Assembly: GCA_964623495.1 (NCBI GenBank)
Contig: CAZUTV010000001.1
Location: forward strand, 116,454-180,453
DNA length: 64,000 nucleotides
Origin: Candidatus Woesearchaeota archaeon
Lineage (GTDB): Archaea > Nanobdellota > Nanobdellia > Pacearchaeales > GW2011-AR1
Direction: 5' to 3'
Shown here: positions 9,915 to 18,908 of the stretch, one piece after another
How positions within the stretch are numbered: position 1 is the first letter of the stretch
Layout of the letters: every line of letters begins with the position of its first letter
Position numbers and translations under genes: made by a program
The notes under the pieces: model-generated
What the model was told of the DNA's origin: nothing
Database searches by the model: none
What the model saw: only the letters and a program-made list of their open reading frames with translations

Positions 9915-12563
9915 ATGGCAAAATACGCGGGGCTTGAAAAAAAAGAAGTAGAAAAAAACTTAAAAAAATACGGATATAATGAGATAGAAGATATAAATAA
10001 GGTATCTATTCCCAAAATCTTGCTAAGGCAGGTGAGAAGCAACCTTATTCTTTACTTGCTGATTGCTGCAACAGCAATCTCATTTTTCGTTGGGGAAGAA
10101 ATAACCGCCTATGTAATTCTTGCAGTTATTTTCTTGGTGGTTGCTACCGGATTCTTTCAGGAGTACAAGGCAGAAAAAGCGATAAATGCATTAAAAGAAA
10201 TGATAGTGCCAATATCTATAGTAATTCGCGACGGAAAAGAAGAGGAAGTTCCTTCAAGAGAAATAGTCCCAGGAGATATAATTATCCTAAGGAATGGGGA
10301 GAGAATACCTGCAGACTGTATGGTTTTAGAAGAAACAGATTTGAAAGTTAACGAATCTGTACTTACAGGAGAATCGAGGGAAGTAGAAAAGTATGCAATA
10401 AAGGCAGAGAACTCCTATGAAGAAAAGAACATTGTATTTACAGGTTCATTTATAACAAACGGGAAATGCATAGCCAAAGCAGTTAACACAGGCATGAATA
10501 CTAAGTTTGGAAAAATTGCGGGGCTTATATCTACTGCTGAAAAAGAGCTTCTTCTGCAAAAAAGAGTTAACAAAATTTCAAAAACAATGGCCATAGTGGG
10601 AATTATTATTTCAATAATCACTGGTTTGATAATTTTCTTCCAAAACCCAAACTCAAATGAGGGATATATCCTAGAAGTTTTAATTATAGTTATAGCAATA
10701 ACAGTATCCTCGTTTCCCGAAGGATTTCCAGTAGTTCTCATAACAACTTTATCTCTTGGGGCATATAGAATGGCAAAAAAGAATGCAATAGTGAATAGGA
10801 TGTCAATAATAGAAACTCTTGGGGAAACAACAGTGATTTGCTCAGACAAAACAGGAACAATAACAAAAGGGGAAATGACTGCCAAAGAGCTATACGCCAA
10901 CCACAAAAAATACAGTATAACCGGCGTAGGCTATGAAGCAAATGGCGGATTTTTTGTTGATGAAAAAATGGCAAAGGCAGAAAAAGACCCTATTTTGAAT
11001 TCAATTCTAAAAACAGCCATCTTATGCAATGATGCTAGGATAATAAGGAAAGGAGAAGACAAGCTCTACCACATAAACGGCTCCCCAACAGAAGCGGCCT
11101 TATTAATAATGTCTGCAAAAGAAAATATTTTCTCAGAAGACATAAACCATGAAAGACTGGAAGAGATACCTTTTAGTTCTGAAAGAAAAATGATGTCGGT
11201 ATTATGCAAAGAAACAAAAGAAAAAACCCTCTATGCAAAGGGCGCTTTAAACGTCGTTTTTGAAAAATGCTCTTTCATTGAGAGAGATAATGGAACATTT
11301 AAACTGATAGAAAAAGACAAAAAAAGAATAAAAGAAGTGGAAGCAGAAATGGCTTCAAGATCTTTAAGAATTGTCGCTTTGGCCTATAAAAAAGTCAAGA
11401 ACTACACAAAAGACGATCTTGAAAAAGAGCTCGTGTTCTTGGGATTGGTTGGCATGGAAGATCCGCCAAGACCAGAGGTAAAAGAAGCGCTTGTCTTATG
11501 CAAAAAAGCAGGAATAAAAGTCAAAATGATAACCGGCGATGACAAAAAAACAGCAATGTCAATAGCAGCAGAGATAGGCCTGGCAAAAGGAACAGTAATA
11601 GAAGGTGATGAAATGGACAAAATAAGCGATCCAGATCTGGTTAAAATAGTCAACCAGGTTGTAATCTTTGCCAGAGTAAAGCCAGAGCACAAACTTAGAA
11701 TTGTCAAGGCCCTAAAAGAGAACAAAGAGATAGTAACTATGACGGGCGATGGGGTCAATGACGCCCCTGCACTAAAAGAAGCGCATATCGGGGTCGCGAT
11801 GGGAAAGAACGGAACAGATGTCTCAAGATCTGTGGCAGACCTAACCCTAAAGGACGATAATTTTGTAACAATAGTTGACGCAATAAAAGAAGGAAGGACA
11901 ATCTTTAACAACGCAAGAAAGTTTATCAGCTACCAGTTATCCTGCAACTATGCAGAGCTTGCCATACTTCTTGTAGGAGTGATTCTGGCCCCGGTTCTTG
12001 GATGGCCTGTCCCAATCCTGCTTGCCCTGCATATCTTATTTATGAATCTCGTAACAGACGACCTTCCTGCAATAACTCTGGGATTTAATGCTTCATCAAA
12101 GGATATAATGGAAGAAAAGCCAAGAAAAAAATCAGAGCTACTAAACAAAAAGTTTGTTCTTTTAATAGCATTTAACGGATTTATAATGGCATTCTTGACT
12201 TTAATGACTTTTTATGTCACTTACAACCTAATGCACGAAAATGTTTCTTATGCAAGAAGTTCTGCCCTTGTTGGCCTTATAGCCTTAGAAATCGCAGGTG
12301 CTTTTAACTTTAGGAGCTTCAGAAAAGGGGTGATGAACAGGTCTCCGTTAGTAAACAAATGGCTCCTTTATGCATCAATCATCTCCATACTTGCAACCCT
12401 AGCAATAATATACACCCCATTAAACATTGCATTTGAAACTTCCTCTCTTCACATAAGCGACTGGGTTGTTGCAATAGGCCTAGCTCTAGGGTCTATAGTA
12501 ATCTTTGATATTTTAAAATACTATAACAACAGAAAGAAATTCTGGGATTATGAAAAAGAATAA
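9915..12563 (+). CDS. P-type cation-transporting ATPase (type II, Ca2+-like)
   Basis: LTGES, PEGFP, DKTGT, DPPR, TGD, GDGVNDAPAL. Confidence 0.95.
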   Translation: MAKYAGLEKKEVEKNLKKYGYNEIEDINKVSIPKILLRQVRSNLILYLLIAATAISFFVGEEITAYVILAVIFLVVATGFFQEYKAEKAINALKEMIVPISIVIRDGKEEEVPSREIVPGDIIILRNGERIPADCMVLEETDLKVNESVLTGESREVEKYAIKAENSYEEKNIVFTGSFITNGKCIAKAVNTGMNTKFGKIAGLISTAEKELLLQKRVNKISKTMAIVGIIISIITGLIIFFQNPNSNEGYILEVLIIVIAITVSSFPEGFPVVLITTLSLGAYRMAKKNAIVNRMSIIETLGETTVICSDKTGTITKGEMTAKELYANHKKYSITGVGYEANGGFFVDEKMAKAEKDPILNSILKTAILCNDARIIRKGEDKLYHINGSPTEAALLIMSAKENIFSEDINHERLEEIPFSSERKMMSVLCKETKEKTLYAKGALNVVFEKCSFIERDNGTFKLIEKDKKRIKEVEAEMASRSLRIVALAYKKVKNYTKDDLEKELVFLGLVGMEDPPRPEVKEALVLCKKAGIKVKMITGDDKKTAMSIAAEIGLAKGTVIEGDEMDKISDPDLVKIVNQVVIFARVKPEHKLRIVKALKENKEIVTMTGDGVNDAPALKEAHIGVAMGKNGTDVSRSVADLTLKDDNFVTIVDAIKEGRTIFNNARKFISYQLSCNYAELAILLVGVILAPVLGWPVPILLALHILFMNLVTDDLPAITLGFNASSKDIMEEKPRKKSELLNKKFVLLIAFNGFIMAFLTLMTFYVTYNLMHENVSYARSSALVGLIALEIAGAFNFRSFRKGVMNRSPLVNKWLLYASIISILATLAIIYTPLNIAFETSSLHISDWVVAIGLALGSIVIFDILKYYNNRKKFWDYEKE

Positions 12564-12604
12564 CGCCCAGAAACCTTTAAAAACTAATTTTTAATCTTAC
12601 TGTT

Positions 12605-12913
12605 ATGCCAAAGGTAAGAATAAAATTAAACAGCACAGACATAACAATGCTTAATGATATTTGCAATTCTATTAAAGATATAGCCAATAAATCTGGAATT
12701 GTCATTTCTGGACCAGTTCCATTGCCCACAAAGAAACTAAGGATAACAACAAGAAAATCTCCGTGCGGAAACGGCACAGCAACATTTGACAGGTATGAAA
12801 TGAGAATCCATAAAAGACTAATAGACTTGCCTGCAAACGAAAAAGTCCTGCATCATATTATGAGAATGAGAATTCCAAAGAACATCAACATAAAAATAGA
12901 GATGAAAGATTGA
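12605..12913 (+). CDS. rps10: 30S ribosomal protein S10 (uS10)
   Basis: GPVPLPTK..RKSPCGNG..YEMRIHKRLID. Confidence 0.96.
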   Translation: MPKVRIKLNSTDITMLNDICNSIKDIANKSGIVISGPVPLPTKKLRITTRKSPCGNGTATFDRYEMRIHKRLIDLPANEKVLHHIMRMRIPKNINIKIEMKD

Positions 12914-12951
12914 ACAGTAATTCTTAAAAACCCTAATTCTAATCAAGGCTA

Positions 12952-13362
12952 ATGTTACCTAAAGATTTTCCAAAAGAAAGTCCTGTAATCAGATTACCTG
13001 AAGACTCAGAAAGAATATCCCGGTTAAGGTTTAAACTTGCAGAGTATGACGCAAGAATAGATTTAAGAATAAGACTTACACAAGAAAGAATTCCTGGAAT
13101 TCCAACCGAATACTTAATAAACCTTCACAAAAAAGGCCATTTAGACTATTATAAAAGAACAGTATTGGAAGAACTATTAGAAAAAGGACAAATAGTAACA
13201 TGGGATATGGCAAGAAGGCTTGCAAAAGAAATGGGAAATCTGTACAATTGCATACTTTTCTCAGAAGCATGCGGGATTATAAATGACTATTGCAACACAG
13301 GCGGAAAAAATTGCAGGGATGGAACCGGATTGTCAAATACAAGATTATGGTTTGGAGTGTAA
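12952..13362 (+). CDS. hypothetical protein
   Basis: 136-aa ORF after a TATA-like sequence. Confidence 0.65.
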   Translation: MLPKDFPKESPVIRLPEDSERISRLRFKLAEYDARIDLRIRLTQERIPGIPTEYLINLHKKGHLDYYKRTVLEELLEKGQIVTWDMARRLAKEMGNLYNCILFSEACGIINDYCNTGGKNCRDGTGLSNTRLWFGV

Positions 13363-13394
13363 AAACTTAAATACCTCTTACCCTAATAACTTCC

Positions 13395-13976
13395 ATGGAA
13401 AAAAGTGCTATAATTGTTATGGTGCTTGTATTAATATTGGCTGCTGTTTTTGGGTTTGTCTCCAAAGGCAGAACAACAGGACAAACAACAATGACAGATG
13501 AAATAAAAATCAAACTAGAAACAACAAAAGGAGATATTATTATAAAATTATATCCTGATAAAGCGCCAATAACAGTAAAGAATTTTCTTGATTATGTAAA
13601 TTCAGGATTCTATGAAGGAACAATATTTCACAGAGTTATTGAAGGATTTATGGTTCAGGGAGGAGGATATGCTTCTGATGGAAAAGAAAAACAAACAAAC
13701 CATGCAATTAAACTCGAATCAAATAACGGCCTTAAAAACACCAGAGGCACTATCGCAATGGCCAGGACAAATGTTCCTGACTCTGCAACCTCACAATTCT
13801 TTATAAACACAGCAGACAATGACTTCTTAAATTATGGAGTAAGAGATCGGGGCTATGCTGTATTTGGCGAAGTCATTGAAGGCATGGATGTAGTTGATGA
13901 AATTGGAAGTGTTGCGACAGATGCAAGCGACAGACCTTTGGAAGAAGTAAAAATCTTAAAGGCGGAAATAATCTAA
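13395..13976 (+). CDS. cyclophilin-type peptidyl-prolyl isomerase, signal-anchored
   Basis: [32 protein letters not shown]. Confidence 0.93.
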   Translation: MEKSAIIVMVLVLILAAVFGFVSKGRTTGQTTMTDEIKIKLETTKGDIIIKLYPDKAPITVKNFLDYVNSGFYEGTIFHRVIEGFMVQGGGYASDGKEKQTNHAIKLESNNGLKNTRGTIAMARTNVPDSATSQFFINTADNDFLNYGVRDRGYAVFGEVIEGMDVVDEIGSVATDASDRPLEEVKILKAEII

Positions 13977-14008
13977 ACATTTAAATAACAAGAAAAATTA
14001 AAAACAAA

Positions 14009-14305
14009 ATGGAACGTGACATAGGCAAAATACCCAAGAACCCAACAACAGACATAGTTATCCGGGTAGATGACTTTGGTGGAAGAACAGGATTAACAAT
14101 AAGAGAGTTTGTTTCCGGGGAAAGATACACAGGATTTACAAAAGCAGGAACAAGAATACCTGCAGAGCACTTTCAGAAATTCAAGGAAATGATCAATTCT
14201 ATATCTGAGGAAGACATGACTCCTGCAGAAGGTGCAGAAAAAAAGGAATTCAAAAAGCCGTCAAAAGGCCAGCAATCTCTGGATGAAGACATTCCAGATT
14301 ATTAG
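14009..14305 (+). CDS. PC4-like ssDNA-binding protein with acidic tail
   Basis: IVIRVDDF.G...LTIREF......FTKAG.RI pattern resembles the PC4/p15 fold; ends LDEDIPDY. Confidence 0.6.
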   Translation: MERDIGKIPKNPTTDIVIRVDDFGGRTGLTIREFVSGERYTGFTKAGTRIPAEHFQKFKEMINSISEEDMTPAEGAEKKEFKKPSKGQQSLDEDIPDY

Positions 14306-14310
14306 TTAAA

Positions 14311-14509
14311 ATGACCATCTCAGTAGAAGACCTAATGAAAGCTCCAACTTGGGAAGACAGACATCCAAAAAAAAACTCCAGAGATCACAAATGATGAAGG
14401 CAGAGATTATTCATATATTAGAACAATATTATATCTGGCAACACATCCAAGACAAGCCATAAAAACAATAAGGTCATTACATTATGTTATCCACGGCGGG
14501 CCGCTTTGA
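14311..14509 (+). pseudogene. 65-aa ORF interrupted by a frameshift in an A9 tract
   Basis: Removing one A from 14367-14375 joins ATG 14311 to TGA 14507-14509. Confidence 0.4.
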
Positions 14510-14559
14510 AATCAATTTCTTCATAACATTTAAAAGATATAAATTGCATTATTTAGAGT

Positions 14560-14898
14560 ATGTCGAAGAATAAATGGATTAATATTGGGATAATTCTTGG
14601 AATTTTGGTTCTTGCAATTATAATAATAGAACTAAGAAAGCCGAACAACATAACAACAGAAGAAATTGCAAAGTGCATAGGAGAAACCTCAAAAATTTAC
14701 GTCCAACTAGGATGTCATTATTGTGAAAAACAATATGAACTATTCGGCAACTACACCAATTATTTAAACAAGGTTGACTGTTTCTATGAACGAGAAAAAT
14801 GTTCAGAGATTGATGGGACCCCTACCTGGCTGATAAAAGGAGAATATTACGAAGGGTATAAGGACTTAGAAACACTAAGAGAATTAACCGGGTGCTAA
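14560..14898 (+). CDS. membrane-anchored thioredoxin/glutaredoxin-fold protein
   Basis: GCHYC CxxC, cis-Pro GTPTW, N-terminal TM. Confidence 0.8.
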   Translation: MSKNKWINIGIILGILVLAIIIIELRKPNNITTEEIAKCIGETSKIYVQLGCHYCEKQYELFGNYTNYLNKVDCFYEREKCSEIDGTPTWLIKGEYYEGYKDLETLRELTGC

Positions 14899-14899
14899 A

Positions 14900-15595
14900 A
14901 TGACAGAGTTCCTAAAAATAACCACTCTCGCCCTTGCAGATTCTGTAAATCCGTGCGAGATAGCAATTCTCGCAATGGTTTTAATATCCATATTAATCCA
15001 GCATCCTGAAAAAAAGCACAAAGTTTTGTCTGCCGGCTTTGCATTCGTTGCAGCAGTTTTTATAGGATACTTAGTTTATGGATTAATAATAGTGCAGTTC
15101 TTTAGGTTTTTTGCAGAATTTTTAAGGCAAAATTCAGCAGTCATTTACGACATGCTTGCAATTCTAGCAATGATTCTCGGAGCATTAAACATAAAAGATT
15201 TCTTCCACTACCAAAAGGGCAGCTTTGCAACAGAGATGCCGATTTTTTTAAGGCCAAAAGTAAAAAAGATCATAGACAAAATAACTTCCGCTAAAGGTGC
15301 ATTCATCCTTGGGTTTATAATAACTTTATTCTTATTGCCCTGCACCATGGGCCCATATATTGTAGCCTCTGGCTTATTGGCGAATCTGGGAATTATGGAC
15401 GCATTGCCTTGGCTGATATACTACAACATAATATTCTTGCTCCCAATGATCGCGATTGTCTTAATTGTATATTTCGGAGTTGCAAGAGTAGAAGATGTTG
15501 CTGGCTGGAAAGATAAAAATATCAAAATACTGCATTTAATAGCAGGGATTTTACTATTCTTAGTAGGGTTGGCAATGCTGTTAAAATGGCTATAA
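14900..15595 (+). CDS. CcdA/DsbD-like transmembrane electron transporter
   Basis: DSVNPC and LPCT..PY motifs, about 6 TM segments, adjacent to the CxxC protein. Confidence 0.8.
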   Translation: MTEFLKITTLALADSVNPCEIAILAMVLISILIQHPEKKHKVLSAGFAFVAAVFIGYLVYGLIIVQFFRFFAEFLRQNSAVIYDMLAILAMILGALNIKDFFHYQKGSFATEMPIFLRPKVKKIIDKITSAKGAFILGFIITLFLLPCTMGPYIVASGLLANLGIMDALPWLIYYNIIFLLPMIAIVLIVYFGVARVEDVAGWKDKNIKILHLIAGILLFLVGLAMLLKWL

Positions 15596-15850
15596 ATTCC
15601 CAGAAGCGTAATCAAGAATCAGATTGAGAAACACTTTTCCCCTGTCATTAATTCTATAGAAATCCTCCGGCTGAGCATGACTTGTCATGTCTGGCTCAGA
15701 TGTCCTATCCACCATCCCCATACCAACTAAATCAGAAGCGGCTTCCAAACCTCCAGGTAAGATTATAAGTCTTCCAAAGTGAATTGATTTTTCCTGGCCA
15801 TTAAGAAAAGCCAAAACCCCCAAATGATAAGAATCAATTGCCCTAGTCAT
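15590..15850 (-). CDS. small hypothetical protein (possibly winged-helix)
   Basis: LVGMGMV...FYRINDRGKVFL resembles a wHTH wing; ATG at 15850. Confidence 0.55.
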   Translation of the reverse strand: MTRAIDSYHLGVLAFLNGQEKSIHFGRLIILPGGLEAASDLVGMGMVDRTSEPDMTSHAQPEDFYRINDRGKVFLNLILDYASGNL

Positions 15851-15890
15851 TTTAAAAACCAAAATCCAAGATATTTAAACATTATTGTAA

Positions 15891-15908
15891 TGCGAAACCC
15901 TTATATAT
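15891..15908 (+). promoter_or_regulatory. archaeal BRE/TATA promoter for the putative ncRNA
   Basis: GCGAAACCC-TTATATAT about 25 bp upstream of the GC-rich hairpin. Confidence 0.6.
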
Positions 15909-15926
15909 TTCTAAGCCCTTGAATTA

Positions 15927-15998
15927 ATAGGGGTGGGGCGGGAGAATCAGTCTATAGCTGATCTTCGGATTTAGCTAACTGACTTCGGGCGCCCCTAT
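15927..15998 (+). ncRNA. putative ~70-nt rod-shaped small RNA capped by a C(UUCG)G tetraloop
   Basis: GC-rich island; stems AUAGGGGUG/CGCCCCUAU, UCAGU/ACUGA, UAGCUG-AUC/GAU-U-UAGCUA; own TATA box and downstream T tract. Confidence 0.65.
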
Positions 15999-16070
15999 CC
16001 TTTTTTATTCTCTTTTTCAATTATCCTTCTCAAAATAAATTCTTATAAACCCAAAACCGAAAAAGATTAT

Positions 16071-16277
16071 ATGGATAATGGATTAATAGAAGGAAGATTT
16101 GAATTAACATATAGGGTAGGTGAAGGATATGTATTGCTAGCAAAGATAATCAACCCTGCAACAAAAAGACCAGAATATAAGGAAATCTCCATAAGCGAAG
16201 AGCAATATCAAAGATATTCGAAATCAAGCAAAGGAGAAAGAATAAAGCTATCTAAGGACCTTGCAGCAGTGCTCTAA
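16071..16277 (+). CDS. small hypothetical protein
   Basis: 68-aa ORF with TTATAAA about 28 bp upstream. Confidence 0.65.
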   Translation: MDNGLIEGRFELTYRVGEGYVLLAKIINPATKRPEYKEISISEEQYQRYSKSSKGERIKLSKDLAAVL

Positions 16278-16320
16278 AATAAATCGGAATCTTTATATAC
16301 CTTCAACTTTAAGGAATTAT

Positions 16321-17667
16321 ATGCCTCCAAACACTCTTGGCATTGAAGAGGTGATTGAAGGACGAAATAGTGTACTTCTAAGTAACTCAAATATAACGGT
16401 TCTTTATGAAAAATTAGCCAACACCATTCATTCTGGCGAAAGAAGCGAGTTACTACAGTTGCAGCGCGAAGTAGAATGTATTGACTATAATCCCGAATAT
16501 GAAGCAGGCTCTCTTAGGGCACAAAAAACCGAGAGAATGAGTGGATTAGTATTAAACGTAACAGAAAACTGTGATTTCAGATGTTCATACTGCCAAAACA
16601 ATGGGGCTTATGAGCGGGAAAGAAGAATTAACCCTGCAAGAATGGAGTTCGAAACAGCAAGGAAAGGTGTAGATCTATTCATGCCCAGAGCAAAAGAACC
16701 TGCATTAATCTCTTTCTATGGAGGAGAACCCTTGCTCAATATGGATCTAGTTGCAAGAGTTATTAGTTACACTAGAAGAAGATATCCCAATCAAGAAGCA
16801 AGATTCTCAATGACAACAAATTTTTATGATGCTGAAAGACATTTTTCAACAATAGTGGATAACGATATTCATCTGCTTGTAAGCATAGACGGACCCAGGC
16901 AGATACACGATAACCATAGAGTTCATGTTTCGGGAAAAGAAACCTGGGGGAGAATTATGGAAAATCTAAGAAGGCTGGAAAGATACTCTCCAGGTTATGT
17001 AAGAAATAAAGTTGGAATAAGCGTTACTGTTCCAGACTACTCTGAACTAAAGACAATAGTTGATTACTTTATGGCTACAGATCTCAATATATTTAGAGTT
17101 GGCGGAATAGAACAAAAAGGATTAAGAAAAGGGGATGGAGTAAAAGATCTTTCTCAAGTATTAAGCCTTGCATCAGATTTTTGTGATAGGATTGATAAGC
17201 AAGAACCTCTTCCAGACATACTCAGACTTTTGTTTGAATCCAGATTAAAGACAATTTCTGCCAGAAGCAGAAAAGAAATGCCAAGCGAATTAATGCTCCA
17301 GGGCTCTTGCTATCCTGGAAACAGAAAATTATATGTAGACACCTCTGGAGAGTTATATATGTGTGAAAAATTTGGGGGCAGAATGACGATAGGGCATGTG
17401 GATACAGGGATCTCAGACCCGCTAGTTGATGATTCTATAGGACAATTCCAAAAAATAAGAAACCAATTATGTACTTCTGGTTGTTGGGCTCAAAGACTAT
17501 GCACCCCCTGCATACAAGCTGCAAAAGATCCTGAAGGAGAAATCTCAGTCGAAGGATTAGCACAAACATGTGGCCCTTCAAAACACGAAATAATGCTATC
17601 ATTAATGCTATATACCGAAATCATTAAAAGGAATAAAGGATATATAGAGTCGCTAACTCAGCGATAA
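16321..17667 (+). CDS. radical SAM/SPASM-domain peptide maturase (CcpM-like)
   Basis: CDFRCSYC, FYGGEPL, MTTN, SIDG; SPASM GSCYPGNRKLYVDTSGELYMCE...CTSGCWAQRLCTPC...C; ATG at 16321 after TTTATATA. Confidence 0.9.
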   Translation: MPPNTLGIEEVIEGRNSVLLSNSNITVLYEKLANTIHSGERSELLQLQREVECIDYNPEYEAGSLRAQKTERMSGLVLNVTENCDFRCSYCQNNGAYERERRINPARMEFETARKGVDLFMPRAKEPALISFYGGEPLLNMDLVARVISYTRRRYPNQEARFSMTTNFYDAERHFSTIVDNDIHLLVSIDGPRQIHDNHRVHVSGKETWGRIMENLRRLERYSPGYVRNKVGISVTVPDYSELKTIVDYFMATDLNIFRVGGIEQKGLRKGDGVKDLSQVLSLASDFCDRIDKQEPLPDILRLLFESRLKTISARSRKEMPSELMLQGSCYPGNRKLYVDTSGELYMCEKFGGRMTIGHVDTGISDPLVDDSIGQFQKIRNQLCTSGCWAQRLCTPCIQAAKDPEGEISVEGLAQTCGPSKHEIMLSLMLYTEIIKRNKGYIESLTQR

Positions 17668-17687
17668 TTAAATGATCGGAGGTAAAA

Positions 17688-17906
17688 ATGCTTGAAAGTG
17701 GAAGACTATACACAGAGAATAGCACAGTGCTAGAAAGACTTGGATCAAGTAGAACCAATGTTGATAAGGCCAGCAACCTAGAATACAACGTTGATGCCTG
17801 CGATTGTATGGGCTGCGGGTGTTTCGAAAGTGCCTGGACAATTGTTCTATCCCCTGCAGGAGTAGCTGCAGGAATGGCTGCTTATGCTGCTGATGCTGCA
17901 TTATAA
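17688..17906 (+). CDS. putative RiPP precursor peptide (72 aa, CxCxxCxC core)
   Basis: 20 bp after the rSAM stop, strong GGAGGT SD; polar leader, then CDCMGCGC and an Ala/Gly-rich C-terminus. Confidence 0.8.
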   Translation: MLESGRLYTENSTVLERLGSSRTNVDKASNLEYNVDACDCMGCGCFESAWTIVLSPAGVAAGMAAYAADAAL

Positions 17907-17916
17907 TTAGCAGAAA

Positions 17917-18537
17917 ATGAAAGAAAATCCAAGCTTACCTGGAAGGCTCGTACGTGTGGATGGAACAAACTACCACATTCACGGACTAGTGCACGGAAAT
18001 CCCTTAATTAGGCTAACTCCCGAGTTTAAGCAAGAAGTCAACAAATCTCTATATGGATTAGAAGTTATATCTGAAGATGGTTTTTCAGAGTGGATAAATG
18101 GATCAAGATCTTTAAATGAATCAGAACATTTTGGGTACGATAGTTTAAGCTTATCAAAATTATTCTTTGCTTTAAGGAGTTATCTTCACAACAGATTTAT
18201 TTTAAGATCTCATAAAAGCCCGCTAGCAGTTAAAGTAAAAGAAATGAGGTCTGTTCAAGAATTAATTCTTATCCGAGAAGAATTATTTAGAACATATCCC
18301 CCTGAACCAGAAGGCATGAATTCGCTTCTTTCTACGAATAACAACGGAACCATAGATAGTCTGCATGGAAAACTCCCAAACAGAATAAAAAGGTATTTAT
18401 ACGAAGCAGGAGAATCCATAAGATATGCTCAAACAGAAAAGTTGCAAGACCTGCACATTGTAGTCGGATGTTCTCACGAATTGCCTCTAGAATATCTATT
18501 ACTACATCCCGAAATATTGGACCAACGTGAAGTTTAA
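17917..18537 (+). CDS. putative TraB/PrgY/Tiki-like metalloprotease
   Basis: YHIHGLVH, VISED and IVVGCSH..LEYLL match the GxxH, hhxE and VGxxH motif order of the TraB/Tiki superfamily. Confidence 0.5.
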   Translation: MKENPSLPGRLVRVDGTNYHIHGLVHGNPLIRLTPEFKQEVNKSLYGLEVISEDGFSEWINGSRSLNESEHFGYDSLSLSKLFFALRSYLHNRFILRSHKSPLAVKVKEMRSVQELILIREELFRTYPPEPEGMNSLLSTNNNGTIDSLHGKLPNRIKRYLYEAGESIRYAQTEKLQDLHIVVGCSHELPLEYLLLHPEILDQREV

Positions 18538-18824
18538 GGGTTTGGATTCCACTTCTTAGTCTCTATTTTTTTAAGGCCAAACAAAAGATCCTTTGCCAGT
18601 TTTTTCTTTTCCTCAGATACCTCTTTCTTTAGTTTTTCGTTCCAATTTCTTTCCAGATATCTGAAAAAAGGAGTCATCCCTTGTCCAACCAAAGATCCAA
18701 TAATCACAGTCCTATTTGTCTTAGTAAGTTTTGAGAGATCGTCTATTATATCCAAGATCTCCACATTCATATCCAAAGATATCTTTTTCACATTTTCAAA
18801 TGGTTTTTGAGTTATTTTTTCCAT
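18534..18824 (-). CDS. ribbon-helix-helix (CopG-like) DNA-binding protein
   Basis: KKISLDMNVEILDIIDDLSKLTKTNRTVII. Confidence 0.65.
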   Translation of the reverse strand: MEKITQKPFENVKKISLDMNVEILDIIDDLSKLTKTNRTVIIGSLVGQGMTPFFRYLERNWNEKLKKEVSEEKKKLAKDLLFGLKKIETKKWNPNP

Positions 18825-18908
18825 ATAAATATATTATTTCCATATTATTTAAATGTTGTGGTTCTCCCATTTCAAAACCTTTTTAATATAACTTCTTTTA
18901 TCATTCTT

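Noticed and set aside
15927..15998. tRNA, SRP RNA or SECIS identity for the GC-rich hairpin
   Set aside because: No cloverleaf or TTC loop, no SRP helix-8 motif, and no in-frame UGA selenoprotein candidate nearby.
16261..16320. Longer TTG/GTG-type or upstream starts in the ORF track (rSAM 16261, infB 18807, rpl24e 41075, cutA 38400, 50226, 26991, 22087)
   Set aside because: These extensions overlap neighbouring genes or promoters; downstream ATGs fit TATA/SD spacing and family N-termini better.
18780..18812. QKPFENVKK as another palindromic-repeat copy
   Set aside because: The DNA does not form the AACCTTT/AAAGGTT palindrome.
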